From: Tubiluchus corallicola
Lineage: Eukaryota > Animalia > Priapulida
Assembly (NCBI GenBank): GCA_030141605.1
Contig: JAQGDQ010000012.1
Span: 558,001-622,000, forward strand
DNA: 64,000 nucleotides
Direction: 5' to 3'
Shown: piece by piece, positions 11,917 through 25,872 of the stretch
How the letters are laid out: the number at the start of each line of letters is the position of its first letter
How positions within the stretch are numbered: position 1 is the stretch's first letter
The notes under the pieces: model-generated
Told to the model about the DNA's origin: nothing
What the model saw: the letters and a program-made list of their open reading frames with translations, nothing else
Databases searched by the model: none
Made by a program: the position numbers and the translations under genes

Positions 11917-14679
11917 CTGTTGGTAGACCACAAAATGAAATGGTAAAAAAACACAGAATTAATGCAAGTTGTAATTATTATACATTCTAATACAATACCA
12001 AAATTATTATTGCACCGTCCCTTACTAATTAGTCAAAACTTAAATGTAGTGTGTTACCCAAAGAATTCACACAAGGTAATTTTTAGAAGTTAGAAAAAAA
12101 AATGAGGCAAGTTACATCCTATTATTTTTTTAAGTTAACAACTTAAATTTATGAAGAAGAAGTTATGGAAAAATGCACAAAAACTGCAGAACTAAAATGC
12201 TTGCTCATATGGATGGAGAGAAGCAAGAAGGATTGTAATTTTGTTTTTGCAGCTATTGTGGATTTAACTTATTACAAAATGTGCACATCGGCAAATATTA
12301 CAGCACACGAGAAACAAAGCTCTAGTTAGCCGATACTTTGCAAAATAAACAAAATAAAATTCTGTCTAGTTTAATGAGAATCTATGAGAATCTAACATAC
12401 GCAGTTAAAGAAACTGAAATGCTTAGCTCAATATAGTCTTAAATTCCCCGAAATACAGTTTCTTTTGATTAACAGGTAATTAGACACCAATACACTGCTT
12501 CTAAATAAAGATTTACGTGCATTTCAATTTTTTAACAATTCTTGGCACCAAAAATTGATGTTGGTCAAAGTGCCATATTCCAAAGACTCAAAGAACATGG
12601 AGCCTTAACAGACTAGTAATGTCCTTATTGCTAAAATAGTCAGAATTTGGAATGTTTCCATTGGTAAATGGGCTAACAGTTTAAACTCTATTCTAAGCAG
12701 TGGGCACGTAAACTTACAGCAAGGCTGTAAATTTAGATGGTAGTAGTTATTTACAACAAACAGCATTTTGTATTAAAACAGTGAAAGGATAATAAGTGAA
12801 ATTTCCTTAATTTTTTGACTTGACAAAATGTATATGTGCACTATTTAGTTAGATAGTAATAGTTTGCTTTTTGTCAGGTTACAAGTACTCCATGTTAATT
12901 AATGATAGCTGATAAAATGTTAGTGATCGAATGCCATATCACATACTTAATTTCGTACTACAAATTCTGTGTTTGCTATTACAATTAGTTGTCTATGCTG
13001 GAAGCTTTGGAACTTTTGGTAATTTGTTAGAGCCTATGCACTTGTTCTCACTCCCTCACATGACCTACTAAGTTGTTTTTTTGGGAAAGACAAACCAAAT
13101 AATGCAGCAACCCAAAAGCCTACGAAACTCAAATTTGCTTGTTTCTTGTTTCATAGTTGCTATTTTTTGACGTCCCTATGAGGTGGTTTGTGTATAGGCA
13201 CTGTGGAACTGTAGCACCCCCTATTTTCACTCGATATTACCGACAACATTTAATATAATGAGTCTTTTTTCTTTCATTCTTTCTTTATACTTGTACATAC
13301 TTGTAAATCCTTGTATGGAACCACAGCACGTGACAGAACTGTGTGCTTCTCAGTTCCAGCGACACTGTGTTTGAGTATTGTGCTCATGCGGCCGTGTCCG
13401 AGATAAGAAGCTGCATGCTAGGTAGAAACAGGACTGTCGTTCATGTAGTGCCGATCCTATTGTGTATGTAGTGATTCTTTTTGAGTCAGCGTGTTGTGCT
13501 TAAAAGCCGTGAACCATACTCTTGAATGTGATAAACTGTTAAACTGAGTTTTTTTGGTTCTTTTATTTTACAGAATACTTAAGTAATTTAATCATGGCCT
13601 CCTTGCATTCCCAAGAAATAAGTTCTGTGACTGTAAGTGAACTTCAGTAGTTTAAGTTTTCACAGTTGTCTCTCCATGAGAAAGTTACAATTAAGAAAAC
13701 GGCTGTTCAACACCTTTCTGAAGTAGCACCTCCACTAATCTTAGCTATGACCAGTCATTGCTTGTGAGTTAAGCCTTAACTGCACTGTGAATTAAGCCAT
13801 AATTGCAATGCTTTTCATAGTCAAAAAACAAGAATTCATGCAAAGTTTTAAAATGAAAAGTATTAGTAAATAAAGGATTTAAGATCAACAGTAATACTTG
13901 TGAAATTTCTAAATCCACAATGAAATTATAATTGTACCAATTGAGGTAACTTAATTGAATAAATTGTACCAAGTGCATTAAAAACTACAGTTATGAAATT
14001 GTAGTGTTTATGCAACATGTGATCTAGCCTAGTGGGTTCCAAAAGTTATAATTACCCGCAAAAATAACATACACTCCACTTTGAAAATTTGTTTTGGGCA
14101 TTATTATATTTTTACACAGTTTCAAAGAAAGAAGGAGCACTTTGCAAATAAATTAGAAGTAAAGCGGACAAAGACAAAAGGAAGATTGAAGCAGTTGCTT
14201 GATGCTGCAGAAAGCAAAGGAGCGCAAATCATATCAACGGTTTTATAAATTTATTTGAAACTTTGAAATTACGAAGAGATATTAAGTCACACCTCATAGC
14301 ATATTTCAAATCCATACTATGTTAACTAGAATGCCACCTAAATAGTTTCATCAACAGTACAATGAAAGACTGATAATGCTAGTATTAAAACTGTTACTAC
14401 TTTCCAACCAAAAAAAAATGAAATTACCTTGAGCGCGATCAACCAATCATACAATAACACAACAAACACGAGTTAAATCTAAATCACCTTAGCGTAACTT
14501 AATTTTGCAAGCTGCTTCTAATAAATAATTTGCGTGTTTAAGGAAAAAGTTTACTCAGAATGTTTATATGATTGGTTAAAAAATAATAAATTTTACCTTC
14601 CACTATCTGACAAATTTGAATACAATATAGCAAGCATGGTTTCTTATAATAAGAATTAACATTTAACTCGCAAACTCAC

Positions 14680-14901
14680 CTAGATTAAAATCTACAGCAA
14701 ACTCGTGATAGATGTCACCTTGAGTGAGTGAGTAAATAAGCTTGCTTCCGCTAGGGCTGGTTGCTTGGATGCTAATCACAGCCGTGTGAAGTTGGATGTT
14801 TTCAGGAATTGTTGCTTCATAAAATTGACGTTCAAAAAATGGCATGGTTCGACTCATCAGTTGCACAGGCATGGCAACTGTGGTCGATAATGGTGGATCA
14901 C
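14680..14901 (-). CDS. FAT1: Fat-like cadherin exon 16
   Basis: ttaag/gtgagt, phase 1-1; DPPLSTTVAMPVQLMSRTMPFFERQFY...FAVDFNL. Confidence 0.92.
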
Positions 14902-15076
14902 CTTAAATCATATAAATGTCATTAATAAGCAGGAAATTTAAAAGTGCACAACACTTGTTTAATAAACATATGTTTTAACTTACCAAGAAGTATTAACTTT
15001 ACACACAAAAACAGAATAACCACACTTATTATTATGTGGCAATGGTTTCAAAAATTCACTGGCATGTAAAATTTAC

Positions 15077-15251
15077 CTTTATCAGTTGCAGTGATGTTCA
15101 AAATCTTAGAAAAGCCCTGTTCAGAATCGTGTAGTCCTCTCTTCAAACTTAGCTCCCCGGTGCGTGCATCAATTTCAAATTTGTCTTCATTGTTATTTAT
15201 GCTAAACACAATTTCTGCATTTGACCCAATATCCCTGTCAATTGCTGCCAC
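15077..15251 (-). CDS. FAT1: Fat-like cadherin exon 15
   Basis: ggtag/gtaaat, phase 0-1; VAAIDRDIGSNAEI...ITATDKG. Confidence 0.92.
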
Positions 15252-15442
15252 CTACCAGTATAAAATATGTTGTCAGTAGTAGAATGTTATGGAGCAGCAA
15301 GACTATCAACGAAAGTAGAAAATTACTATACACTTCACAGAAACAAAAAGAACATTCAACTATGTGTTGAATCACTATATCACTAAAAAGTTTATAACTG
15401 CGAATTTCCGACATAAACAATTTAGTAGAAAGACAATCAAAC

Positions 15443-16701
15443 CTTTGTTATCATTTTACCAGGCTCCAGGTCAATCGGTACCATGGCAACATATGGTTGG
15501 TTGATAAATATTGGGGCATTATCGTTCACATCAATCACATCAACATGAACCACAGTTCGAGCAACTCGCGGCAGTTCCCTTTCATCTCTACACTCCACAA
15601 TGACATCATAGCTACTGCATTCCTCACGGTCAAAAGTGGAATTCAAGTAAAATGCACCAGACGTTCGACCAACAAAGAACATTGTGCTCGGGTTGAGGAT
15701 CGTAAAAACAATGTGCTCGTTGAGACTATGCCCAGTAACTTCCAATATGAATACTGCTTTCTCAAAATTTGTAACATTTTCAACAACTTCAATTTTGTGC
15801 CTCCCTTTCACAAAAGCAAGTCCATCCACTTTTGTCATTTTAGTAGTTATTGTCATTAAAGCTGTGCTGGAATGTACACCATCACTGGCTCTTATTGTGA
15901 GATGATAACTACCACCTAATTTCTCGTTGTTCTTAACGTAAATGCTGCCATCTGTTGGAGACAAAGAAAACAAACCTTCATCGTTACCATGAAGGATGCT
16001 GTAATGTAATTCATCAGAAGCATCTGTATCAGGATCATAAGCAGTTACCTTGGCAACCAACACATTCCGGTAAGTCGGAAGCAGAATTATTGCTTCGTAC
16101 TTATTTTGAGTAAATACAGGAGAACTATCATTGATGTCATCAACAATGATAGTTACTTTTGCTGGATTTTTTGTACTCAGTTGCGGCTTGCCCAAATCAT
16201 GGGCTTGTACAGTAAACTCAAAAATGGGCACCCATTCGTGATCTAGTGACTGCACAGTTTTCAGTGCTCCAGTGTTGGGGTCAATGCTGAAATACTTCCT
16301 AATTTCCAACTCAACAATCTGATATCTTAACATGGCATTAAGATTGGAATCCCTGTCAGTGGCACGGACAACTAACGGCTGGCTAGTATTGTCTAGTACC
16401 ACCGTTACTGGTGGTGCTGACTCCATTACATGTCCAACGTACTCTGCAAACAGGAACTCGGGTGAATTATCATTCACATCAGATACATGTACCACAACAT
16501 GTGTAATTGCTTTAGCTAAGATGATGTTGGTAGCTTGTATGGTAAGATTATAATACGGAAACTGCTCATAGTCAAGAGGAAATGTAGTGGTAATCACTCC
16601 CGAATTAGAGTTAATTTGGAAAAAAGTTTTGGTATTTCCAGAAATTATTTCGTAGACAATGGATGACCGACTGATAGCAGATACTGCTGTAACATGGCTT
16701 C
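15443..16701 (-). CDS. FAT1: Fat-like cadherin exon 14 (1,259 nt)
   Basis: tacag/gtttga, phase 1-0; about four cadherin repeats inside ORF 15437..16777. Confidence 0.95.
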
Positions 16702-16883
16702 CTGTAAACCATATAATAGTATAAGTTATACAAAATAAACGAAAACAATCTTTACACAAATAATGACAAATTTCCACAAAAAATTAGTAATTATAGGTAA
16801 AAGGTAGACAGCATTTGTAGAACTTCAATTATGAACACCACAGCATAATTAGTGTCACAATAGAAAAAGAAACATAAACTAAC

Positions 16884-17120
16884 CTGCTTTCTTATTTTCT
16901 TCAATTTCCGCTTCATATTTGCTGTGCTCAAACTTTGGCGGTGCATTGTCCGAAACTGTGACAAGAATACGTACTCTGCAAGTGCTACTCAAAGCAGGCA
17001 TGCCTCTGTCGGTTGCCTTGACAACCAGCAAGTATTCAGGCACTTGAGTCCTGTCAAGTTCCTTTGCAACATAGATGATACCCAACATACCATCCATTGC
17101 AAATGTCTCCTCCACGTTTC
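16884..17120 (-). CDS. FAT1: Fat-like cadherin exon 13
   Basis: tgtag/gttagt, phase 1-1; NVEETF...ATDRGMPALSS...SDNAPPKF. Confidence 0.93.
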
Positions 17121-17466
17121 CTACAAAAATAATTTTTTGAGCATTTCACAACTGAGGTTTGAATAATTGCAACACTATATAGAACTTATCACAAGTTACT
17201 CTCAATCATTTTAGCAACTATGCACAGATAATCAGAAATTCTGCTTATTGTTATAGTTACATTTATGTTACCGAAAATGCTTAGCTTTCATTAACAAAAT
17301 TTAATTAATTTCTTTTGTACAATTGCGGTCTGACAGTACAAGTGAATACTGTAATAAAAATTAAATACGTGATAGGATAATGCTCTAATATCCACAATAC
17401 ACGTTAACACACAGGCATGTAATCCAAATTCACAACATTCTGATATATTCAGATTTACCAACATAC

Positions 17467-17742
17467 CGGTTTCAATTTTGTAGGTTATTTCAGCATTTAG
17501 TCCCTTGTCTTTATCAGTTGCTAATACTTGCACAACAGATGTGCCCACAGCAGCCGTTTCAAAAACCCGACCTTCGAACATCTCAGAGATGAAGTGAGGA
17601 GGGTGATCATTACTATCGACAATGTCCAGAATAAGACGGGCAAAGTCACGACGTGGTGGTACACCCTTGTCTTTTACAGTAACAGTTAGGATGTGTTGGG
17701 CAATGGCTTCTCTGTCAAGAGGTTCTGCTACTGTTACAACAC
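17467..17742 (-). CDS. FAT1: Fat-like cadherin exon 12
   Basis: ttcag/gtatgt, phase 1-1; VVTVAEPLDREAIAQHILTV...FETAAVGTSVVQV. Confidence 0.93.
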
Positions 17743-18149
17743 CTGAAAACACGCTTTTCGTAAAATGATGAAACCATAAAACATTTTCAAGAAATTTTTT
17801 ATAACAAACATTGAAAAATATTAAATTAAAAATTAAACAGTGTTGATATCTTTGTACATTTTTGTTACTTGTGAATTAAGTTGCACTTGTACAGTTACAA
17901 AAAACAAAAATTCTATTATTGCATGAAAAAGTAGTAACATTGCACTGCGAATAGTCATGGCTTGAATGTTATGTCACCTTCTAAATTAATTTGTTGATGT
18001 GGTCTTAATAAACATACAGTGGGATGGCTACTATCAAACATGCAACTCGAACATACAAAAAAACAAAAAAAAAACAGAAAATTAAATTAAAATTAAAATT
18101 AAATTTAAAAAATAGAAACAAGAAATATCACACAGAAATATATGCATAC

Positions 18150-18360
18150 CAGTAGATGATTCAATGGCAAATTTTGACAGACTGAGAATATTCATTGCAT
18201 CAGAAAGTGAATAGTGAAGCCTGTTTTCATCATCATCATCTGATGCATGAACAGTCAGTATACTGGCTCCAGCTCTGCTATTCTCTGCAAGTGAGACCAC
18301 GTAAACATCTTGACTAAACTGCGGCGAATGGTCATTCACGTCAATAACTTTTATAAATAC
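18150..18360 (-). CDS. FAT1: Fat-like cadherin exon 11
   Basis: tgcag/gtatgc, phase 0-1; VFIKVIDVNDHSPQF...FAIESSTG. Confidence 0.93.
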
Positions 18361-18709
18361 CTGCAAAGTAAACAAATAATAATAATAATAATATTACTAC
18401 TCAAGTTACAAAAGAAAGAAACAGTTACGCAAAAAGTAAGTGTATAAAAATAGTGTTGTTAATCAAATATCAATAGATTTAATCAAAATTATTAATGCAG
18501 TCCAAATGAATAACTATAACAATGAAAATCGCAGTAAAAATGGTTAAGATGTTCACATGAATTCTATTTGAACGTATGGTAAGCAAAATATACAATACCC
18601 GTGAATGGTACAATAATTGAAAATTTAAAATTTTTAACTAGAAAGTTAAGAGTGCATTACTGAAAATTTAGAATTTTTAAGTTTAAACTTTAATTTTTAA
18701 GTGGCTTAC

Positions 18710-18849
18710 ACTCGAAGAAACAGAATGAAAACCATCGGTGACGGCTATGGTAAGATTGTACCAATCACGTATCTTCCAGTTTAAGCGACGAGCCAGAATT
18801 ATGCTACCACTGCTGACGTCAATGCTAAACATGCCTTCGTCATCTCCAT
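18710..18849 (-). CDS. FAT1: Fat-like cadherin exon 10
   Basis: tacag/gtaagc, phase 1-0; GDDEGMFSID...LARRLNWKIRDWYNLTIAVTDG; not in ORF track. Confidence 0.92.
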
Positions 18850-18994
18850 CTGTAAGCAAAAATTAACTTGATTACAGTGTGACAATTGATAAAATGTATT
18901 ATAATAGGCTTCAATATAACCATATAAAGCGATGTTTGTAGCAAGACACTAATTATCCTTTTTATAATAGATACATTTATTGTTTATTACTCAC

Positions 18995-19211
18995 CGGTGA
19001 CTGAATACCAAAGCCGGTCGCCATCTTCATCGAATGCATCAACCAGCTTAATTAGGGTACCTGGTGGATCATTTTCCATGACTGTAGTAGTAATGTTGGG
19101 ATTTTCAATGATGACCGGAGCATGGTCAGATTTTCTGGATTGTTCTAACACATGTATGAGCACCCGAACGCTATTTTTCAGTGGTGGTTGACCTCTGTCC
19201 ACTGCTTTTAC
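18995..19211 (-). CDS. FAT1: Fat-like cadherin exon 9
   Basis: tacag/gtgagt, phase 0-1; VKAVDRGQPPL...DEDGDRLWYSVT. Confidence 0.93.
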
Positions 19212-19660
19212 CTGTAGATAGGAAAAGTTGCTAACAAACAGAAGTAAGATGATACTGTTCATGAATTATTATGTAGCTAAACAAAGCTTCACCACAATCT
19301 TGTCTATTACAAAATAAGAATGTATTACAAAGGCTTTTCATTGGCAGGATTGATGGGCATGACTCAATAAGACACGTCATATTATAAGTGCAAAAACGCA
19401 ATTCGCTTAGAATGAATTACTTGTTATATAATGTCAGAAAAACCAGAAAACACCCTAAATTTCAAATCTTTAAACACTTAAATTCCCATATAGCTGCATG
19501 TAATTTCATTCAACGTATTGCAATAATTCAACTCAATACTGGATACGATCGACTTGACGCAATGATAAACCTGCGACACTATTTTAGAGAAAGCAATGAG
19601 CGCACATTTATTACAAAAGCACTACAATTCCGGATAATTTCAAAATGTGATGGAACTTAC

Positions 19661-19794
19661 AGTAATGTCATAGCCTTCACCAGCCACCAAGCCTTTCCGA
19701 CTGTAGATCATGCCCATTTTTGAATCGATGCTGAACCTCGAACGTCCTCTTCTACTCGTAGTCTTCAATGAGTAGCTTATTTCTCCATTTCGAC
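19661..19794 (-). CDS. FAT1: Fat-like cadherin exon 8
   Basis: ttcag/gtaagt, phase 1-0; RNGEISYSLKTTSRRGRSRFSIDSKMGMIYS...YDIT; not in ORF track. Confidence 0.9.
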
Positions 19795-20028
19795 CTGAAA
19801 ATTTTGAAAAATGTGCCACCAGTTAATGGATAATTTCCACGTAGATAATTACAGATGAAAATAGGATAACCAGGTAATATGTTAACAAGTCAGGAATGAA
19901 ATGTTTTGTCAATATTTATCAATATGGTTTTAAAAATGCAAAGTGCTTGAAAAGATTGGATGAAATAATTGTTTAGCAAGCTTGCTTTTGTATTGCGAAA
20001 AGCACCTCAAACTGAAAACTAAACATAC

Positions 20029-20209
20029 CAACGTCTGGATCCACAGCAATCACTCGCATTAAAGGTGTGTCTCGAGACGATGATGCGGGCAACTGCACTT
20101 TGTATATCTTCTCTATGAATTGTGGTTTGTTGTCATTGGTGTCATTTACGGTAACCACCACACGAGTTGTTGAAGAAAGAGGTGGATGTCCGTTATCTGT
20201 AACCCTCAC
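20029..20209 (-). CDS. FAT1: Fat-like cadherin exon 7
   Basis: ttcag/gtatgt, phase 0-1; VRVTDNGHPPLSSTTRVVV...DTNDNKPQF. Confidence 0.93.
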
Positions 20210-21507
20210 CTGAAAACAAAGCTGCTTTTAACTGAACACCCATGAAAAGAACTTACGTTCCAATATAATGATGGCATGGAGCGCATGTGAAAGTTCAGAA
20301 TTTGATTTGAAATCAAGTGGCTGACTAAAGTTATTACACAAGAGGAAAATGTTTAACAGCACTGAAGTTACTTTCAATGATTGAACATGATGGTGTTAAT
20401 GTGCTTAGATTAATGTGCTTTTCAGGGTCTTTAAACAGGCAAGACACCATCCAAAAATACACCTAGTTTTGCCCAGTTTAACTAACAACACTGAAAATTC
20501 TGGATACAATATTTTAAAATCGTGTTTGGAAGTACGATTGACGATACTTTTACAACAGTATCTGTACTGCTGTTTTTTTTATTTAATGTTTCAGTCAATT
20601 TTAGACAAGATCTAACAAAGGCCAAGATTAGTTTGCTACAAGTTTATTTTGTTAGTTTTAATGTAAAAAAGTCATCAAAAGTCAAAAGTCACCTTCCAGA
20701 CTCCACATCTGATGCCATCAACTCCCATTCATCAACTTAACATCTGTACACCACTAATGCTACCTCCCATTAGTAATCAATAAAGCGCCTACTTTCTGAG
20801 CAGCGTCTCCAAGGCAGTGCAGATTTAATCAACGAAATATAAAGTAGTCATAATATCAGTCTAGGTTTGCACTTATAACAGCTAATATGGACTGAGGATA
20901 TAAAACCTATAAACTTGGATTTACTGTCGCATTGAAATGACTCATCCAAGTTAATCAAATTTGCAGTAAACTGTTACAGAATTGATGATTTGACCTAGTA
21001 TATCTGGCTTGACGAAAACGAACCTCGAGCAACAGGGAAGTTTAGCAAGAACGATTTTCCATTGCTGAGTAGAAACAAACAGTAATATGGATGAGTTATT
21101 AGGTTAGCCACTGACTTCCAGGTTATACAACTGACATAGAATAAATTTTATCTAGAACTGGAGATCTCTAAAAGAAAAATTGCATTATGACATAGTGCCA
21201 TTAAAAGTGCCACATACACGAAGATGCCTCTAAAAGCACTGGAAAATTTGACATTCAAATCGACTACCTCAAGGAGAAATTATACACCCTGTATGCGTGC
21301 GGATATTAGTCATAGTCAAATGCAGAATAATATTGGAATGAAGCTCATAAATCTATTTCACAGTTTACAATAATTAAATTCGCATAACATGAAAAATGAT
21401 AATAGTTCATTGAAGAAGGCAACAGCCTGAAACGGAAAAGGTGTGAGTGGGTCAAGCCGAGTCCCATTAAATACTATAAAGCGGTTTATATTTTTTGGAA
21501 CATATAC

Positions 21508-21663
<156 letters not shown>

Positions 21664-24199
21664 GTAAACGATTAGTGGCATTTAGAGTTTGGCACTGAGT
21701 AAGTAATAGGATGTATATAATATATTTACGATCAGCACCGTATATGCTGCATAAAATTTTAACTACTCTATGAGTATTGTCCGTAGTTACTTAATAAATA
21801 ATACAAATCTTTGCCGTCAGACCATAATTATTTAATAACACCTAAAAAGAACGCAAATTCGCGTCCTACAGGCTAAGGAACGGAACTCGGCTAGTCAAAT
21901 TTTTCGTCAATTTGATGAACCGCCACTAGAACTCATGCACCGTAATTCTTACACTATAGTCTTTATCCGAAAAAGTTATACTTCCTAAGCGCTTATACAA
22001 AGCTGCAAGTGAATACTAAAAATTCATCAAAATTCGCAAATTACAAAAAATGTTTCCCATGCGCTTTCTGAACTACAGACATTCAAAACAAGCATCATTG
22101 ATTCTCACTTCCTGCTTTTCCCCGTGGAATTAATGAAAAAACACTAAAAAGTGCGCTTGCATTATTCATGTCTTACAGTTTCCCTGCCCGCTGAAGCAAA
22201 CAATGCCCAATTTAGGGTCGATTTATGTGTTCAATTAGACATTTTGATTATAAGTTGCGACTGAACGTTATGCATACCCAATGTCTACATCCTTTCTCAT
22301 GAAGTGTAATAACGTAAGGTTTTGATGAGATGAATATAGCATGTGAAGCTATGGGATTCAACATTATTATTAGGCTTTTTAACCCTAGAATAGAACGTCA
22401 TTTATCAAAGTCCGGCCCATGTTTTGCGATTTCCGGTTTAATAAGCACAACACAGTAATTACAAAATATTTCTGTCAAGTTAAAGGGGAGTTGTACGTTG
22501 GAAACGAATAAAGTTTTGTGTTGACGCACTCGTGTTTATGATTGGGTTCTGCAGAATCCAATTTATATTGTTATTTCTTCCGCATGAATTTCTGAGTCGA
22601 GGTAAAAACGATCATAAAAACTGCATTCACTTGGGTTATATTACCACTCTGAAAGCTATTTGCCATAAGTAAAATGCTTCTTTACTGAAAGGAAGCCAAA
22701 AAGTGCAATAAATGTTTTATGTTCACCGCAAACATGGCACTCATAGTACTTACTACTGATTTTTCTACTGGGAAAATTTTAGAAATAAATAGTTACTTTT
22801 ATATGAACTAGGAACTTCAAGAGAAAAGAGAGTTGTTAGAGCAGGGCCATTTTCAATGATGGGCATCCTCCCTTTCAAACACTTATAGTAATTAATTTCA
22901 GTTACAAGTACCTTTATTTAAAGGTAATTTGTGACTGTTATAGTTCCTAAAACTTGCAAAACTGTAATTCCGCTACTCGTGACGCGTTGCGGTACAACAC
23001 TGCCTCAGCTGCACCCTCTCGTAGGGCCTGATTAGAATCAAAATCAGCTATCGGTCTATAATATTAAGTAATGAACGGCACAGGTTTTACTGAGCGAACA
23101 TTTAAAAAAATAATCATGTGACAGCTTGTTGAAAATTACCATATATATCATCAGTTTTATATTAGGACTGTATTTATAAAAGAACATCCAACAAATGCGA
23201 TCAGTCACAGATCACAGCCAAACGTCCTATGCGTCATTGCTCTATCAAGTAACGAGTGCTTATTCAATACGTCTCGGTCAAGAGCTAAGTGCGTCCAAAT
23301 CAATTTCCTAAATGATATTCCGTCTCTATCCGCTTCTCCAAAGATCTGGGACAAGTCTGGGACATGGGAAGCTATAACGAGTCAATACAGAAATTATCTA
23401 CATTTCTGGATAAACAATCTCAGTATAATGCGGAACACGGTTCGTCCATTTGCTTTTTGTTGCTTGAGCTTTAAACAGCTTGATCCGTATATGGGTTGAC
23501 ATTAGGCTAGTATATGTAAGCATGTTCAATGATTAAATAATTTACTCAAACTGATAGAAAAATTAAAACAAGTGGTTAATAGCGTGTTTCAATTTGTTCA
23601 AGTACTAAAGCACTACTAGCAACATAGTATGCAAAATTTAATGCACGTTCAGCAAATTTGCTTACAGTATAATCACAAAATATAGACCGCCCCCCGCTCG
23701 CGGATCGAATTTTTTGTCTTTGTTTTCTTTTTCTGCTGTTCATTCTGTTCGTATATGGGTCAGAAAAGGTAAATTTGGACAGTAAACTTTACATAGACAT
23801 ACTGTTTGGACCTGACAGCCAACATGCAGACATTTGACAATTTCACACGTCATTCATTTAGCCAGAGACGAGTAAAAAATGTCACTTGCCACATTCTTGG
23901 ACACGTTTAATCCATCATCCGACAGCATTTAGACAGACAAAGCTTACCTATATAGCACTTTACTTAACAACAAAAGGTATCACACTAAAACAACATCGAA
24001 CGAACGATTTGGGCAGATTCGTGTAGAAGGAAAAACAGCCATAGTGTGTTGCGCAAGAAAAACAAAAAATGAAGAAAGAAGTTAGAACATGATCCTTAAG
24101 ATAAAGAACCAGAAAATGTAAGAAAAGATATAGTAGACCGAAAAGAAGAATAAATGTGCGGCGGTTAAGCGAGGAAGAAAGATTTTAGAGAGGAAAACA

Positions 24200-24273
24200 A
24201 AAAATAGAAAGAGGGAAGCGTGGGTGCAGTGAAAGCAAAATAAAAAGAGTTGCAAAAAGAAATAAAGAAAAAA

Positions 24274-24332
<59 letters not shown>

Positions 24333-24600
24333 GGAGAGAGAGAGAGAGAGAGGAGAGAGAACGAGAGAGAGAGAAATAGAAAGAGAGAGGGATAGAGGGA
24401 GGGAGCGAGAGAGGGGAGAGAGAGGGAGGGGGCAAGAGAGGGAGCGAGATATAGAAAAAATAGAAAGAGGGAAGCGTGCACAGTGCAGTGAAAGAAAATA
24501 AGAAGAGTTGCAAAAAGAAATTAAGAAAAAAGGAAGAGAGAGAGAGAGTGAGAGAGAGAGAGAGAGAGAGCAAAAGAGACAGAAATAGAAAGAGAGGGGA
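24200..24600. repeat. (GA)n-rich purine tract within an approximately 255-bp diverged tandem duplication
   Basis: AAAATAGAAAGAGGG...GTGCAGTGAAAG...GAGTTGCAAAAAGAAAT...GGAAG(AG)n occurs near 24200 and again near 24456. Confidence 0.9.
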
Positions 24601-25810
24601 AAAGTGAAAAGGACAGATAGAAAAAAGGATGAGGCAGGTAGTGTGCTAGTAATCTAGCACTGACAGACAAGACAGATGTAATTTTGTTTGTACAGTACAT
24701 AGTTGATAAGGAATTAAGGAACCGCATTCAAGCTCGCTTCATTAAACTTTGCATAGCAAAGCCAGTCATTATAGATTAGACACTGGCATCCTTGCCTGGG
24801 GGCAAAGAGTTAAATTCGGTGACTGCACAGCTTTTATGAACTGCACGGACTTCCTCTCTCTCGTCATTCGTCAATTTTGACAGTTCAGGCACACTAAGGT
24901 TTTAAGGTACTTCCTTCTCCCACTAACCCCCTAATTATTTTCAAATTTGATTTTTTACGAGCAAAAATAACAGCCAGTCTCTGATCAGTCTGGTTTGTAG
25001 CGAATAAATTAGCTATAATTAGCATGTTCAGCAAATTAGGGCTAAAATAATGATTTAACAGTTTTTAGCGGTTCTCTAAACATAGCATAATCACACTAGA
25101 GCGGGAAAAGGCGGAGAATGGTGACTAAACGGGTAACCAAACCGTTTTTTTATGTTTTCGTTGCGTAAAATTCTCACGAAATTACAACAATTAGAATTTG
25201 GGACAATTTAGAAAACACGAAATACGTATCATACGGAAGCTAAAAACCATTCAAAGTTGCAAATAACATGCAAATGTTTCATTTAGTATGAGAAAACTAT
25301 ATCAACTAAAAACTTCAGCCTCAGTTCATGATGCATCATGCTTCAATAGTTCTAATCATGTTTTTTTCTAAGTTAGAAAAATCATTCAACCTTTGCACAC
25401 CATCAAAATGATTTACGGCTTAACATTAACATTCTTAATAACTACGCACTTTGACAAATTATTATTAGGAAAGCCTAATTTTCGCTTTAGTGTCCATAGT
25501 ACACAAAAATGTTTCAATTTTTGTCTTCGCGAGATGCACAAGGAAGATTCCTGCAGTTGGAAAATTGTAAACATTGGTAACGTCTTGCAAAGATGAGCTA
25601 CAGGCTTATTTTCTAGTTTCTGAATCAAGTTTCTATTACTCTAAAACTTTACCAGAAGCACTGTGGTGATTACTAGGTAACAAAATTTCATACGATAGGT
25701 AAAAATTTCCTTAAAATGATAGGTCTTTACCCTGTCGATATGGTTCATGGGTTTTTCTGAAAAAAGAACGAACTGTAATTAACAATAATGTCTATTGAAA
25801 AGATACTCAC

Positions 25811-25872
25811 GTCAATCACATGCTCGTCTCGTATTTCTCTGTCTAGCGCCGTTTTTCTTGTTGTTATGAGAC
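25811..25872 (-). CDS. FAT1: Fat-like cadherin exon 6 (62 nt, isolated between 13.2-kb and 5.6-kb introns)
   Basis: ttttgcag/gtgagt, phase 1-0; GLITTRKTALDREIRDEHVID; required to keep frame and to complete the repeat; not in ORF track. Confidence 0.93.

Noticed and set aside
12718-12724. 7-nt segment tttacag|CCTTGCT|gtaagt as a second microexon
   Set aside because: Good dinucleotides but not 3n; it would frameshift alone or together with the 21-nt exon. Worth a glance in RNA-seq only.
14597-14606. 10-nt segment tgtcag|ATAGTGGAAG|gtaaaa as a microexon
   Set aside because: Not 3n, weak donor, and only 73 nt from the upstream exon
15497-16553. Plus-strand ORFs overlapping cadherin exons (also 6477, 6995, 59265, 59655)
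   Set aside because: Antisense shadows of coding exons with no recognisable protein features
24082-24727. (RE)n and (SL)n ORFs
   Set aside because: Translations of the (GA)n tract
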